From positions 330,894,001 through 330,958,000 of the forward strand of contig OZ024740.1 in NCBI GenBank assembly GCA_964016885.1: a stretch of 64,000 nucleotides of DNA. The letters are read 5' to 3'. The notes beneath the pieces were generated by a model. It was not told where the DNA came from. It did not search any database and saw only the letters and a list, made by a program, of their open reading frames with translations. The position numbers and the translations under genes were made by a program. Below, in pieces: positions 41,178-54,900 of the stretch (its first letter is position 1; every line of letters starts with the position of its first letter). The DNA comes from Eledone cirrhosa. Lineage: Eukaryota.

Positions 41178-41434
41178 TGATTGGTGACGCGCGTTTCGCT
41201 ATTGATCAGCTTAATGTTCGATCTGTATCGATCTAGCCTCACTCTGGAATCAAAGCAGAGGTCCAACGAGCTTTTTAATAGCGAAACGCGCGTCACCAAT
41301 CAATAACCGTAATGGAGGCATAACAAATCGTCCTTGTATTATTATTATTAGTGTTATTTTTTTTTTCATTATTGTTTCTGAGATATATGCCGAGTCTCTT
41401 CCTGACTCATAGATAATTATTATTATTATTATTA

Positions 41435-41712
41435 CAGCTGCATTTATCTTGCTTTATGTCCATACGAGTTATCACCAAGTCACAAGCAGTGACCTAAAGA
41501 TCCTCCATGTTCAAGAAAGAACATACATACTCACACATGCATCTTTAGGTGTTTAGACTTGTGATATACTTATATTGACAGAATCTTCCTTAGTATATGG
41601 GCAGTTCCCATTAGTACTATCCTATACGCGGGTTTCCTGGGATTTGCGATAAGTAATCATTAGACCCCTTAGGTATCATTCCTAGAGCGCCTACAACCAC
41701 TGGTATTGTTTT
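41435..41712 (-). mobile_element. Dong/R4 family B 3' fragment
   Basis: Matches the 3' end of 51922-56682; flanked by (TTA)n. Confidence 0.88.
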
Positions 41713-41742
41713 ATTATTATTATTATTATGATTATTATTATT

Positions 41743-42243
41743 TGAGTCTCACTCATTGATGTTATTTAACTGGAAAGTTTGTTGAAATGAATTACAAGCC
41801 ACTACCTGCAGTCTCAGATATTCAGGACGTATCGGAGGGTTCTTGCTGTTCCCAGCAAGCATGCCTTTTGAAGCGTTCCAAAAAGCGTTAAGGGGCCAAT
41901 TTTCTTTAACCATCCCTGGAACCTTTTTGAGACAGTACCTAGTGCGCCTATGACAATCGGGACCACTTTGACTTCATGGCAGTTCCAAATCCCTTTTACC
42001 TCCCAATTTATGTCCTGGTATCGGCTACTTTTCTTCCTCTCCTTCTCTTGCACTCTCGTGTCGAATGGGAAGGCCACGTCCACAATCAGGCACGATCTTT
42101 TTTCTTTGTCCAAAACCACCAGGTCAGGTCTATTGTGTTCCTGTTTCTTGTCCGTCTGTATCCTAAAATCCCACAGCACCTTCACCTGATCGTTTTCTAT
42201 CACCGACTCTGGCTTATGCTCATACCAATTCTCAGAATGTGGT
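41743..42243 (-). mobile_element. Dong/R4 family A 3' fragment
   Basis: RLE domain LWDFRIQTD..HNRPDLVV..IVDVA.P; (TTA)n on both sides. Confidence 0.92.
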
Positions 42244-42251
42244 ATTATTAT

Positions 42252-42291
<40 letters not shown>

Positions 42292-44872
42292 GAATGCTAT
42301 GGTTGACGGAGGCTCGGCTCTGTAAGGTATTGTAAATTTTGACCGCTATAACAATTGTAAATTGTTTAAAACTCTAACCAAATTGGAGATAATAACACCC
42401 TCCTCCTCGTGAGAGGTGACTTTCTCCCCGTTATTTGGGCCTTTGGAGTTAAATATCCGCTTATTCGGGTTTTGTGCCCAATATTTATTTTAAACCAAAA
42501 AAAACATGGCTACGAAAAGGAATTTTCATAGGTCACTCCCACTCATTCCGTCTTCTACTTCCTCAATCGTCACTACAGCAGAGAGAAGATTGTCTCTCTC
42601 CCTCCCTTCTCTAAATGTGTCTCTCTCCCTCCCTTCTCTTTCGCAAGCGACGCCAGAAATGAAAAATCACGTGCAAAGCGTGCAAGATTTCTCCACGACG
42701 ACGACGACAACGACGAAAAAGGTGTGCGGGAAATACGAAAACCCATTTCATTCGTCTGACGTCATGAATAATAGCAGTAGCAGCCGTAATAACAGCAGCA
42801 GCAACAACAGTGACAAGGAAAACAACAATAGCAGCCGCAACAGCATCAGCAGCAGCATAAACAACAACAGCATTAGCAACAACGGCAACAACAACAACAG
42901 CAGCAGCAACAACAACAACAACAACAGCAAATAAGAAAAACCAATCTCGTTTGCAAGTTTCGCAAAGAACCTGGAAACCATCCTCATAACAAATGAGGAA
43001 TTACAGGAAGCGAAAAAGATGGTGACGAAAAACCGGACACCGAGCAATCTGCATGGTAGCCGAAATATTTTTTGAAACCCAACAGCACTGTACGGTCACG
43101 TACCGTACAGTAAGCACAAAATCCCGTAGGGTTTAAAGAGCCACACAGGCTCAAATACAAAAAGCCTTAGGGTCTGTTTGGCAGCAGAAAACGCATATCA
43201 CCCGAGGCAAGAAATATGCCACCGTAGACGTGCTTTTTGCCACACCCCAGGAAGCAAATGCTCATTCCTTATTGACCCTAAGGAGCGGGGAAATGGTCTT
43301 GGTGCCCTCCTACTGCGGGCAAAAAATTGTGATGGTCAAACTGACCCACGTCCCCCCTGCGATGGCCCCTTCTTGGCTGGCCGCGTATGTCCTCGTCAGA
43401 ATCGAGGACAAAACAACTGTACTGCAAGTACAGAAAAAAGTAAGAGAAGATTGGGTCGGCACCTCCATTGAGATGTTAATCCAAACCAACCAGGTGTGCA
43501 TCGAAGCTATCCCGGATGTGATAGACTTCGATAACGGCACTCAACTGCCCATAAGTGTTGAGCGCAAACGCCCGAAATGCTTTCGCTGTGGATCGAAGAC
43601 TCACCTCAGGACCTTCTGCAACGAGAAGACCCTGAGAAAGGAGAACCCCCACCCCCTCCTTCCGAAACCGGTTCCACGGATACCAGCAACAGGACAAGCG
43701 GCAACCAGGAACGATAGGTCCGTGGCAGCCATACCCACGCCACGGATATCAAGAACAAAAGCAGCAGTGGACGTATTAACAACAACAACAGTAATACCAA
43801 ATGGAAGCTGCAACAGAGACTCCACTGCAAACATCACCACCAACAACAAGTGAAAGAGTGGAGCTAGTACCCCTCCCCGACCTCACAGAATCAGACATGT
43901 AGTGTGAGGTGGGAGAGGGATCGCAAAACGTCGTAAGAAGGCACAAACGCAGAAAAAGCGCATCGCCGCCTTCGAAAAGGGAGGAACGAAATGAAAAAAG
44001 GGTAAATGCTACTGCAAAGAGATTCACAGCAGCAACACCACCAACATCATCACCACCCACACTAGCACCACCATCACCACCGGCGAAGTGTTGCGAAAAG
44101 CCGATAATAGCCGCTGAAGTACGAGAGGTAATGACTGGCTTAACAAGTGGTAAATCGCCTGGTTTGGATGGTCTACCCCATGAACTTTATGTACAGATGC
44201 CAGACTTGTTCGGAGGCCCCTTGGTGGACGTCTACTCCAACTGGCAACAGAATGGGAGAATTCCCAGCTCTGTGAGCCAAGGAGCGGTGGCACTGCTGAG
44301 AAAGGATCCGAACAAGGGGGATAACACAGATAATTTCAGGCCCATAACTCTGCTAAACACAGAGTTCAAGATTTTGGCCAAGGTGCTAGCACAAAGGTTG
44401 GCGCTTGTCGTTGGTGGTTTGGTGGGAGAGGCGCAGACATACGCCATTCCCGAGAGATCTATCCAGGACAACCTCCACCTCATGCGATACATCGTAGAGA
44501 GTGTAGCTAGGGAACCTGGCACGGGTGGGTCCTTGATCAATTTAAATCAGTCGAAAGCTTTCGATAGGGTCGACCATTGTTACCTAGCGGCAGTCCTGAG
44601 GGCGGCTGGCTTTGGGCCCGACTTCACAGGCTGGATCGCTGCCATGCACAGCGACATCTGCTCTGTGGTGAGAGTGAACGGTCACCTTTCGGAACCGTTC
44701 AACATCATGCGCTCGGTCCGCCAAGGATGTCCCCTCTCGTCCCTCTTGTACGTATTGACTCTCCAGCCATTACTGCGCAAACTGGAGACGTTGAGCGGCG
44801 TCCTGCGCGAACTAGGATGCGGAAGATCCGTGTCTGAATATGCGGACGATGTAACTGTAGTGGTGTCGAACG
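42292..44872 (+). mobile_element. Tx1-type L1 element copy 1: 5' UTR, disrupted ORF1, internally deleted ORF2, 3' truncated
   Basis: ORF1 from ATG 42506 with CCHC knuckle CFRCGSKTHLRTFC; 44085-44872 is nearly identical to 57678-58465 (RT: KSPGLDG, FRPITLLN, RQGCP, YADD). Confidence 0.88.
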
Positions 44873-44886
44873 CTATTATTATTATT

Positions 44887-47800
44887 CTTTGAGTCTTAGT
44901 CATTGATGTTAGTTAACTGGAAAATTTATTGAAATGAATATCAAGCCACTACCTGCAGCCTCAGATATTCAGGTCGTATCGGAGGGTTCTTGCTCTTCCC
45001 AGCAAGCATGCCTTTTGAAGCGTGTTCATGGCAGTTCCAAATCCTTTTCACCTCCCACTTTAAGTCCTGGTATCGGTTAATTTTCTCCCTCTCTTTCTCT
45101 TGCACTCTCGTGTCGAATGGGCAGGCCACATCCACAATCAGGCACGATCTTTTTTCTTTGTCCACAACCACCAGGTCAGGTCTATTGTGTTCCAGTTTCT
45201 TGTCCGTCTGTATCTTAAAATCCCACAGCACCTTCACCTGATCGTTTTCTATCACCGACTCTGGCTTATGCTCATACCACTTCTCAGAATGTGGTAAATT
45301 GTTTACTTTGCATAGGTGCCAGTGCATCACCCTACCCATCACATCAAGTCTCCAGCCCTTATAGTGAGTCTGGGCTAGGTTTTCACACTCGGATACAATG
45401 TGAGCCGCAGTCTCCTCTCTCTCTCCACAGATCCTGCACAGTGGGCTAGCCTCCTCCTTGTAAATATGGTGTTTCAACCACTTCGTTTTGAGGGCCTGCT
45501 CCTGCGCAGCCATTAACATTCCTTCTGTAGCCTTTTTAAGGTCTCCTCTTTTCAACCAGTTCCATGTCTGTGGATCTCTAAATTCAGTTTTCTCAAAGAA
45601 GGTACTATGAAGGGATTTTTCCTGAAGGCTGCTCTTTCTCCTTGATGTTATTTCCTCCTTGGACATCCCCTGGCCTATTGTCCCCTCCTTCAGTACAGTT
45701 CTGAACATTGGCTCCTTACTATCAGTCACGTATTTGTGTAGGTGTTTTTCTCCATCTGAACACAGTCCACTATGCTGATAAGACATCTTCCACCTTCAGA
45801 TCTCATTAAGTAGAGTCTATCGACATCACTCCTCTTGTGGAACATGTTGTAGATAGTCAATAGCTTCCTAGTCTTCCTATCCATTTCTTTTTGTTCAGCA
45901 ACATTCCATCTCAGAATTCCCGAAATGTACCTAATAATAGACACAGGTCGGGAATTTACTGCACTTATGGCATTCCTACTGTTCAGATGTGACTTTAATA
46001 CGCTCCTTACTCTCCAAATGTATTCAGTTCTTATCAATTCCTTCTTCAGAACTGTGGTACCTTTTGTCAACCACTCTGGTACCTCACCTGACATCAAGCA
46101 GTCATTGAACATGGTTGTCAGTTTCGGGTGGAGGGATGTTATATTTTTAATCCAATACCCCTGCACACCATCTGGGCCTGGTAATTTCCAGTTGGTTAGT
46201 TTTTTGGCCTGCCCCTTAAGAGTTTCAACTGTGATAGTCAAATCAGTTTGTTGGTGTGCCTGTTCACTAATCTCATTCTGTACTGTCTCAATCCACACTG
46301 CCTGGTCATTATGTTTAACATCCTGCTCCCATATTCCTCTCCAGAATGTTTTAGTTCCTTCCGCCTCAAGGATCAAGTCATTGCCTCTTTCTTTCCCTTC
46401 AAGCTGTCCAAACAGCATCTTCTGGTTGTTGTCGAACATGCGGTTCTGGCTATACTGACTGACTCTGTTCTCGTATCGCCTGATTGTTGCACTCTTTGCT
46501 ACAATGCGTTGCTTCAGTTCCTCTATGATAATATTTAGCCTTTTCCTCCTAGTTTTGTACTTTATTTCCAGTCTAATTTTAGTGTCTATGTTTCTTAGTG
46601 TCCCATTCAGTAGGGACTCAAGCTTTCCAATGTCATTTCTCATTTCCTTGATTTGACCACTCAGCCGTTTCTTCAACCAAGGCTCTGATCTTTCTTGTCT
46701 GTTGTTTCCTCTCGCTTTTATACCAAGTAGTTTCCTCCCCGTATTTGCTGTTGCTTTGAGGATATTGTTGCACTGGTGAAGGCTCCTCGCTTCAAGGTAT
46801 GGGATGACTTTGTTTACCTTAGCTGTTGTTTCTTTTAACTTTTTCCTGTCTACAAATCTTAGGTTCATAGGTCTCCCACTATCATTGTTCAATTCATCTA
46901 CCACTAAGTTTAGGATATCAACCAAATCTTGTCCTAGCCCGTCAGCATTCATCTCCTCAGTGGCCGTATCTCTGTTCCAGGTATTATTTATCTCAGCATT
47001 CAGATCATTGTCTGCTTCGGATGGTTCCTCCGTTCTCTCGACCTCTTCACCTTCATTTCCCACTGGCTCGTTTGCCAGGCATACTCCACTCTTCATCTCC
47101 AAGCTAATCTCTCTGCTCAGTTCCTCCAGTTCCAGCTCGCTTATGCACCCATTAGTTCTTATTACCCGAGCCTGCCCGGCCAATTTGTGTTCATCTAATT
47201 TAAATAGACCAATCTCGTTCCAGATGTTATGCATCCGTCTCCTATAGCACCTCTCCTTGGGGTTACTTTTCAGGTAACATTGCATAACAGTTCTATTCAA
47301 TTCTTTCGTCCAGTTGGTTCTGGTCCCTTTCCTTCTTCTTCTTCCTCCTCCGACATCAGCAGTATTTGGTTGACAGCCAGGTCCCTGCTGCTGAGCCAGG
47401 GAGCTCCCGTTGGGTGAGAGTCTGTCACATGACATTCTAGTCTCCATTTCACCGTTATTCGAACTGTTTAGGTTCGTCATTTAAACACTCTTATCGAGGA
47501 TTGGCGAATGTATGGTTACATAACCACCGGTGACCTCATCACCTCCGGTGATTTCGTCACTCCCGGTGATTTTTGTGTGGCATTATCACGCTGTAGACGA
47601 ACATAAATAAACAAACAAACAAACAAGCAAAAAACAACCCAAAAATGAATAAGCATAAGTTTCGTTGTAATGTAGTGTTTGAATGTCTAACTTAGTTTTT
47701 CCCTGCCCTTCTCTGTCCGTCTGTTTGTTTTTCTCTTCATTTTTCTTTTTTTTTACGTTTTTCCTTGTTGCTGTACTGCTTTGATTTTGTCTTTTGGTGT

Positions 47801-48929
47801 TTTGATTTTGACCGGGTCATCAATTCAGTCTATTTATATATTTTGATGCCTTCCTCTTTTAGTGGGGACACTACGATGTAGCAGGGGTTAGCGGGAGAGA
47901 ATAGCCGCGTTATGATAATGAGGCAGTGGTGGTGGTGGTGGTGGTGGTGGTGGCGGTGCTGTGTTAGCAGCAACTAGCAGGATGTAGTGGGAGAGAATAG
48001 CGGCGGTAGCGATAATGAGGCAGTGGTGGTGGTGATGTGATCGTCGTACTGTAGTGATGGTGTTGAAGTTGGAGCTGAAATAGCGGTTGAGTCGACTTGA
48101 CCAGAGTTTTCATCGTGGTAGTGGTGGTGGTGTTGGTGGAGAAATTATCTTTAGTTATTTAGTCATTTTGCCATTTTTCTGCTTTTCGACTCTAACATTC
48201 CTGGTTCAAAATTAAATATTAATCTTGTTTATTAATATTGTCTAGTGATACCGCCACCTTCCCCTTTCGTAAGTTAACAGAAGGTAATGGGGGGTTAGCG
48301 GTGGTAGCAATGAAGGAGTGGTGGCGGCGGTGATGGGATAGTGGTAGTAATGATGGATTGGTGGCGGCGGCTGTGACTGTAGTGATGGCGTTGTCGTTAC
48401 TGAGTTTTGTTGAATAGACTTTTGTTTGATCGGTGAATCTATGGGGTTAGTCGCGTATATGTGGTGACATATTTTCTTAATATTGGATTAAACATTTTGT
48501 TAAAACTTGAGACAATAATAATAGTAATTATTATTATTATGCTGAGATTGGTGGTGGTGCTGGTGAAATTGCCGTTATCTGGCTGTTGTATTTAGTGTAC
48601 ACAGAGGGGTGATGGGGTAGGTGGTGTATCTAGTTGCTGGTGTTGGTAAAATTGCTGTTATTTGGCTGTTCTATATAGTGTAGACAGAGGGGGTTTTCTT
48701 CCATTTATAACCATTTTCTTTTTTGAATATAAAATGTATAATACAAAATTGAATATTTGAGCGATATAACACTATATTATGGATCCAAATTTTTCTGAGA
48801 CTCAAGTCGGATACCTATGTATCATTTGTACTAAGAATTGCTATTTCACAATTGATTCAAATATGTTAAAAATCAAAACTTACGGGAGCGATTTCACGAC
48901 CTTCCATCCACCATGTGTGTCTTCTTCCC
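44887..48929 (-). mobile_element. Dong/R4 family A copy with complete 5' leader, RT core deleted
   Basis: ORF from ATG 47480, CCHC (CRICG..H..SEC) and RLE; ~760 bp missing relative to 62177-62935; (TAA)n tail. Confidence 0.92.
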
Positions 48930-50962
48930 ATTTCCTTGATTTGACCACTCAGTCGTTTCTTCCACCAAGGCTCTGCTATTTCTTGTCTGTTGTTTCCTCT
49001 CGCTTTTATACCAAGTAGTTTGCTCACCGTATTTGCTGTTGCTTTGAGGATATTGTTGCACTGGTGAAGGCTCCTCGCCTCAAGGTATGGGATGACTTTG
49101 TTTACCTTAGCTGTTGTTTCTTATAACTTTTTCCTGTCTACAAATCTTAGGTTCATAGGTCTCCCACTATCATTGTTCAATTCATCTACCACTAAATTTA
49201 GGATGTCAACCGAATCTTGTCCTAGCCCGTGAGCATTCATCTCCTCAGTGGCCGTATCTCTGTTGCAGGTACTATTTATCTCAGTATTCAGATCATTGTC
49301 TGCTTCGGGTGGTTCCTCCGTTCTCTCGACCTCTTCACCTTCATTTCCCACTGGCTCGTTTGTCTGTCATACTACACCCTCCATCTCCAAGCTATTCTCT
49401 CTGCTCAGTTCCTCCAGTTCCAGCTCGCTTATTCACCCATTAGTTCTTATTACCCGAGCCTGCCCGGCCAATTTTTGTTCATCTAATTTAAATAGACCAA
49501 TCTCGTTCCAGATGTTATGCATCCGTCTCCTATAGCACCTCTCCTTGGGGTTACTTTTCAGGTAACATTGCATAACAGTTCAATTCACTTCTTTCGTCCA
49601 GTTGGTTCTGGCCCCTTTCCTTCTTCTTCTTCCTCCAACACCAGCAGTATTTGGTTGACAGTCAGGTTCCTGCTGCTGAGCCAGGGAGCACCTGTTGGGT
49701 GAGAGTCTGTCACATGACGTTCTAGTCTCCATTTCACCGTTATTCGAACTGTTTAGGTTCGATATTTAAACACTCTTATCGAGGATTGGCGAATGTATGG
49801 TTACATAGCCATCTGTGGATTCACCGTCTCCGGTGGTTGCGCCGCTCCACTTGGCCCTTGTGTGGAATTATCACCACGCTGTAGACGAACACAAATAAAC
49901 AAACAAACACACAGGCAGAAAAAACCCCAAAAATGAATAAGCATAAGTTTCATTGTAATGTAGTGTTCGAATGTCTGACTTAGTTTTTCCCTTCTCTTCT
50001 CTGTCCGTCCGCTTGTTTCTCTCTTCATTCTTATTTTCTTTACGTTTTTTTTTTGGTTTTTTGTTTTTGTTTTTCTCGTTTTTTGCTGTTGTTGCTGTGC
50101 TGCTTTAGTTTAGATGTTTGTTTTTCTTTCTTTTTTCTTTTGAGTCTATCTATATATTTTGATGCCTTCCTCTTTTTTAGTAGGAATTCTATAATGTGGT
50201 GGCAGCAACTAGCAGGAAGCAATGGGAGACAGTAGCGGCGGTAGCGATACTGAGACAGTGGTGGTGGTGATGTCGATACCGAGGCAGTGGTGGTGGTGAT
50301 GTGATCGTATTACTGTAGTGATGGTGTTGTAGCTGGGGTAGCAATGAAGGAGTGGTGGCGGCGGTGATGGGATAGTGGTAGTAATGATGGCAGTAGTGAT
50401 GGTGTTGTAGCGGTGGTAGCAATGAAGGACTGATGGCCGTTCGGTGAATCTATGGAGTTAGTCGCGTATATGTGTTGACCTAAATTCCCTTAATTTGAGA
50501 TTAAACAGTTTGTTAAGACTTGGGACAATAATAATAGTATTTATTATTATCCTTATTATCTTGAGATTGGTTGTGGTGGTGGTGAAATTGCCGTTATCTG
50601 ACTGTTGTGTTTAGTGTACACAGAGAGCTCATGGGGTAGGTGGTGTATCTTGTTTCTGGTGTTGGTGAGATTGGTGTTGTTTGGCTATTCTATATAGTGT
50701 AGACAGAGGATGGGGGTTCTTCTTCCATTTATAGCCATTTTCTTTTTTGAATATACAATGTACAATACAAAGTTGAATATTTGAATATTTGAGCCTTATA
50801 ACAATATATTTTGGGTCCGAATTTTTTTGGGGCTCAAGCCGGATGCTTTACGTAGCATTTGTACTAAGAGTTTTTATTTCACAAATGATTTAAATATGTT
50901 AAAAATTCAAAACTTGCGGGAGCTATTTCATGACCTTCTACCACCTCGTGCGCCTTCTTCCC
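48930..50962 (-). mobile_element. Dong/R4 family A 5' half (3'-truncated)
   Basis: Homologous to 46642-48929; 5' end abuts (TTA)n at 50963. Confidence 0.9.

Positions 50963-51045
<83 letters not shown>
50963..51045. repeat. (TTA)n tract (R4 target/tail)
   Basis: Perfect run. Confidence 0.97.
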
Positions 51046-51046
<1 letters not shown>

Positions 51047-51901
51047 AGCTGCATTTATCTTGCTTTATGTTCTTACGAGTTATCACCAAGTCACAACCAG
51101 TGACCTCAATAGACAACAAGGTCCGCCTTGTTCAAGAAAGAACATACATACTCACACATGCATCTTTAGTGTTTAGACTTGTGATGTACTTATATTGACA
51201 GAAACTTCCTTAGTATATGGGCAGTTCCCATTAGTACTATCTTTTGTATTTCTCCTATACGCCGGTTTCCTGGGATTTGCGATAAGTAATCATTAGACCC
51301 ATAGGTATCATTCCTAGAGCGCCTACAGCCACTGGTATTGTTTTAGTTCTCAATTTCCACATTTTACCAATTTCTATCTCCAGGTCCTTATACTTGCTCA
51401 ATTTTTCAAATGTTTTTATAGATACATTCTTGTCTATTGGAACAGACATATCAATTAGCAGGCATACCGTCTTTTTAAAGTCCTTCAATATTATATCAGG
51501 TCTATTTGTATCTATTTTTCGGTCGGTTTGGTGCTAAAGTTCCACAAGATTTATATCTTTTGCTAGCCTCTCCCTTGTCTAGTGATACCGCCACCCTCCC
51601 CTTTCTTAATTTCTTAAGTTAACAGAAGGTAATGGGGAATAGTGGTGGTAGCAATGAAGGAGTGGTGGCGGCGATGATGGGATAGTGGTAGCAATGATGG
51701 ATGGAGTGGTGGCGGCGGAGGCGTTGTCGTTACTGAGTTTTGTTGAATAGACTGTAGTTTTGTTTGATCTGTAGTATCTGTGCGTTTGTGTCGCGTATGT
51801 TTAATATATGTGTTGACATATTGTCTTAATATTGGAATTAAACATATTGTTAAAATTTGAGACAATAATAATAGTAATTATTTTTCTGATGCAGGGATTG
51901 G
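51046..51901 (-). mobile_element. Internally deleted family B derivative (leader fused to 3' end)
   Basis: 51046-51551 matches the B 3' end; 51552-51901 matches the B leader (56056-56370). Confidence 0.85.
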
Positions 51902-51921
51902 TTATTATTATTATTATTATT

Positions 51922-54900
51922 ACAGTTGCATTTATCTTGCTTTATGTTCATACGAGTTATCACCAAGTCACAACCAGTGACCTCAAGAGACAACAAGGTC
52001 CGCCATGTTCAAGAAAGAACATACATACTCACACATGCATCTTTAGTGTTTAGACTTGTGATGTACTTATATTGACAGAATCTTCCTTAGTATATGGGCA
52101 GTTCCCATTAGTACTATCTTTTGTATTTCTCCTATACGCGGGTTTCCTGGGATTTGCGATAAGTAATCATTAGACCTCTTAGGTATCATTCCCAGAGCGC
52201 ATACAACCACTGGTATTATTTTAGTTCTCAATTTACACATTTTTCCAATTTCTATCTCCAGGTCTTATACTTGCTCAATTTTTCAAATGTTTTTATAGAT
52301 ACATTCTTGTCTATTGGAACAGACATATCAATTAGCAGGCATACCCTCTTTTTAAAGTCCTTCAATATTGTATCAGGTCTATTTGCATCTATTTTTCGGT
52401 CTGTTTGGATGCTAAAGTTCCGCAAGATTGAGATGTGATCTTTTTCAAGTATGGGAGGTGGTTGATGCTCCCGCCAATTCTTTTGATGTGGCAGGTCAAA
52501 ATGTTTACACATTATCCAATGTATGTATTATGCAGCTCTGTTATGCCTGTTTAGGTATTCGGTTGGAGCTATAGGACTGCACATTGAAATTATATGGTCA
52601 ATGGTCTCTGGTTGTTTTTTGCATACACGGCATAATGGGCTGCATTCATTTTTTATTATGTTGGCTTGGTCATTTTTTGTTGGCAGACACTGATCTTGTG
52701 CTGATATAATCAATCCTTCAGTCTCCGATTTCAGTCCAGAGGATGCCAACCACTGATGGGTTAAAGTTTTGTCAACATCAGGATTGATAGCTCGCTCTGG
52801 GTATTTTCCATACAGAGGCTTTTCTTGCCATTTCTTAGCCAGTATCTGTAGCAGTTCTTTCTTTACAGTTACTTTTACCTGCTTTGTTTTTTCTGTGTTT
52901 TCCATTTCAGCAGTAAATGGGACTTCTGAAATTTGTAGTCCATTACTGTATCTTTGTGCATCTTTTGTAATGGAATATGATCTTTTGATGCTTCCGTGTT
53001 TCAAAACGAGTTTGATCATCCAATCATGTGATTCCCTTAGATATGTAGATAATCCAGTTGTTGCAGTTTTCAACGCAATGTCTAACTGGATTAACCCACG
53101 TCGTCCTTCTTTCCTAGGGAGATATATTCTATCTATATCTGCCTTAGGGTGATGCATTCTGTGCATGGTCAAGAATTTTCGAATTTTAGTATCGAGCCTA
53201 CGGATCTCTGTGCTTGACCAGTTGATGACATTGTAACTGTAGGTTACTACTGGTATGGCAAGCGTGTTTATGGCATCGATCCTATTCCTTGCATTCAATT
53301 CCATTCTTAAGATTGCTCTTACTCTGCGGTAACATTCCTTCCTTATCCTTTCCCTCATTGTCGAGTGCTTGATTCCGTCTCATTCACAAACACCTAGATA
53401 TTTGTAAGTTTTTTCTTGATCAAGTTCTCTTATCACGTTCCCCCGATCAAGATTAATGTCTGAACTCTTCAGCAGCTTTCCTCTGGTGAACGTTGCTTTG
53501 GCGCATTTATCTAGTCCAAACTCCATTTTAATGTCATCACTGAACTGCTCCACAGGGGATAATAGCCCTTGCAATTGTTCATCATTTTTTGCAAATAGTT
53601 TCAGGTCATCCATGTAGAACAAGTGATTAATGGTTTTGTCATAGACTTTATATCCATGTTTTGTTTCATTGAGCATTTTACTTAATGGTATAAGTGCGAT
53701 GCAGAATAAAAGCGGTGATAAAGAGTCACCCTGAAAAATTCAACAATTAATATTAACTTCTCCAGCTTCCAGTGATTTTGTTTCACTATTCAAAAGGAGT
53801 GTCGTTTTCCATGTCTTCATACTGAATGACAAAAACCTCCTGACAACGGGGGATATTTTGAAAATCTCTAAACATTTTTCAATCCAACTGTGTGGCAAAC
53901 TATCGAATGCTTTTTTATAATCTATCCAAGCAATCGATAGATTTCTGTGTCTATTATGACAATATTCCAGTAACATTTTGTTAACCAGAAGCTGATCCTT
54001 ACAGCCATATGAGCCTCGTTTACACCCTCTCTGCTCAATGGGAAATAGGTCATTTGTTATCAGGTGGTCATATGTGTATTCAGTTAGGACTGATGTTAAA
54101 ATTTTATACATTGTGGTCAAGCAAGTTATCGGTCTGTAATTTTTGGGATTGTTTGTCTCATCATTCTTCGGAAGCAGGAATGTAATTGTGTTAACTAGCC
54201 ATGATGGTATCTTTTCTGGCTCCTTAACTATTTCATTGTAAAGTTGGGCTAACAATATTTGTTCCTCAAGGTGAGCTGTATCTTTCATTTGTCTGTCTAT
54301 CCATGGGGCATCTATGTTATGAACTTTTTCTTCGGTCCAGATCTTTTCCCAGAATTGTTGCACTTCCTCTTTGGGTGGTATTGATTTAGCAGTTATTGTT
54401 GACTTACCAATTTTTCTGTAGAAGTTTCTTTGGTTTTTTTTTAACATATTATTGTCCTTATAGAATCTAGATCGTTTTTCAAAGCGCCTTATACGAGCAG
54501 CTTTGGCCGACACTTTTTGCTTGATTATTTCTATCAGCATGTCTATGTCACTTGTTGATTTTATACTGTACTTTTTTTTCAATTTTCTAAGTTTAGTTTG
54601 TTTAACATGTTCACCTACTTTATAGTTTGTTAAGATTTTTATGTCAGATCGGAGAAGGTTTATTTGGCGATTGATGTTCTCTTGCCAAGTAGATTTCTTG
54701 TGGGAATTCCTTTGTTTTTTCATATTCACTCCACATAAGTGAGTGGTGACTTTAGCCGATGCATAATAGAGATGATTTAAATCAGAAATGTTTCGTTTGT
54801 TTGTGATGATAATGTTTTTGAGAATTATGTTAGTCTTGTGTATTATCTTTTGGTTCTGTTTGGAGTTCTGGATCTTAGGGAGGGTGTGTCGTTGCCCCAT

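Larger units (their letters stand above)
40130..41345. mobile_element. Fold-back pLTR of the 39699-HHR family, interrupted by a ~1-kb insertion
   Basis: 40133-40172 plus 41177-41202 is the reverse complement of 41277-41345; degenerate HHR ggtCCAACGAgct..agcGAAAcgcgcGTCacc. Confidence 0.6.

Noticed and set aside
42395-42420. HDV-like ribozyme in the Tx1 5' UTR (ctc-ctcctcgt-gag)
   Set aside because: An L3-like loop is present but no P1/P2 partners were found; better explained as a simple hairpin. The R4 5' ends also failed an HDV fold by eye
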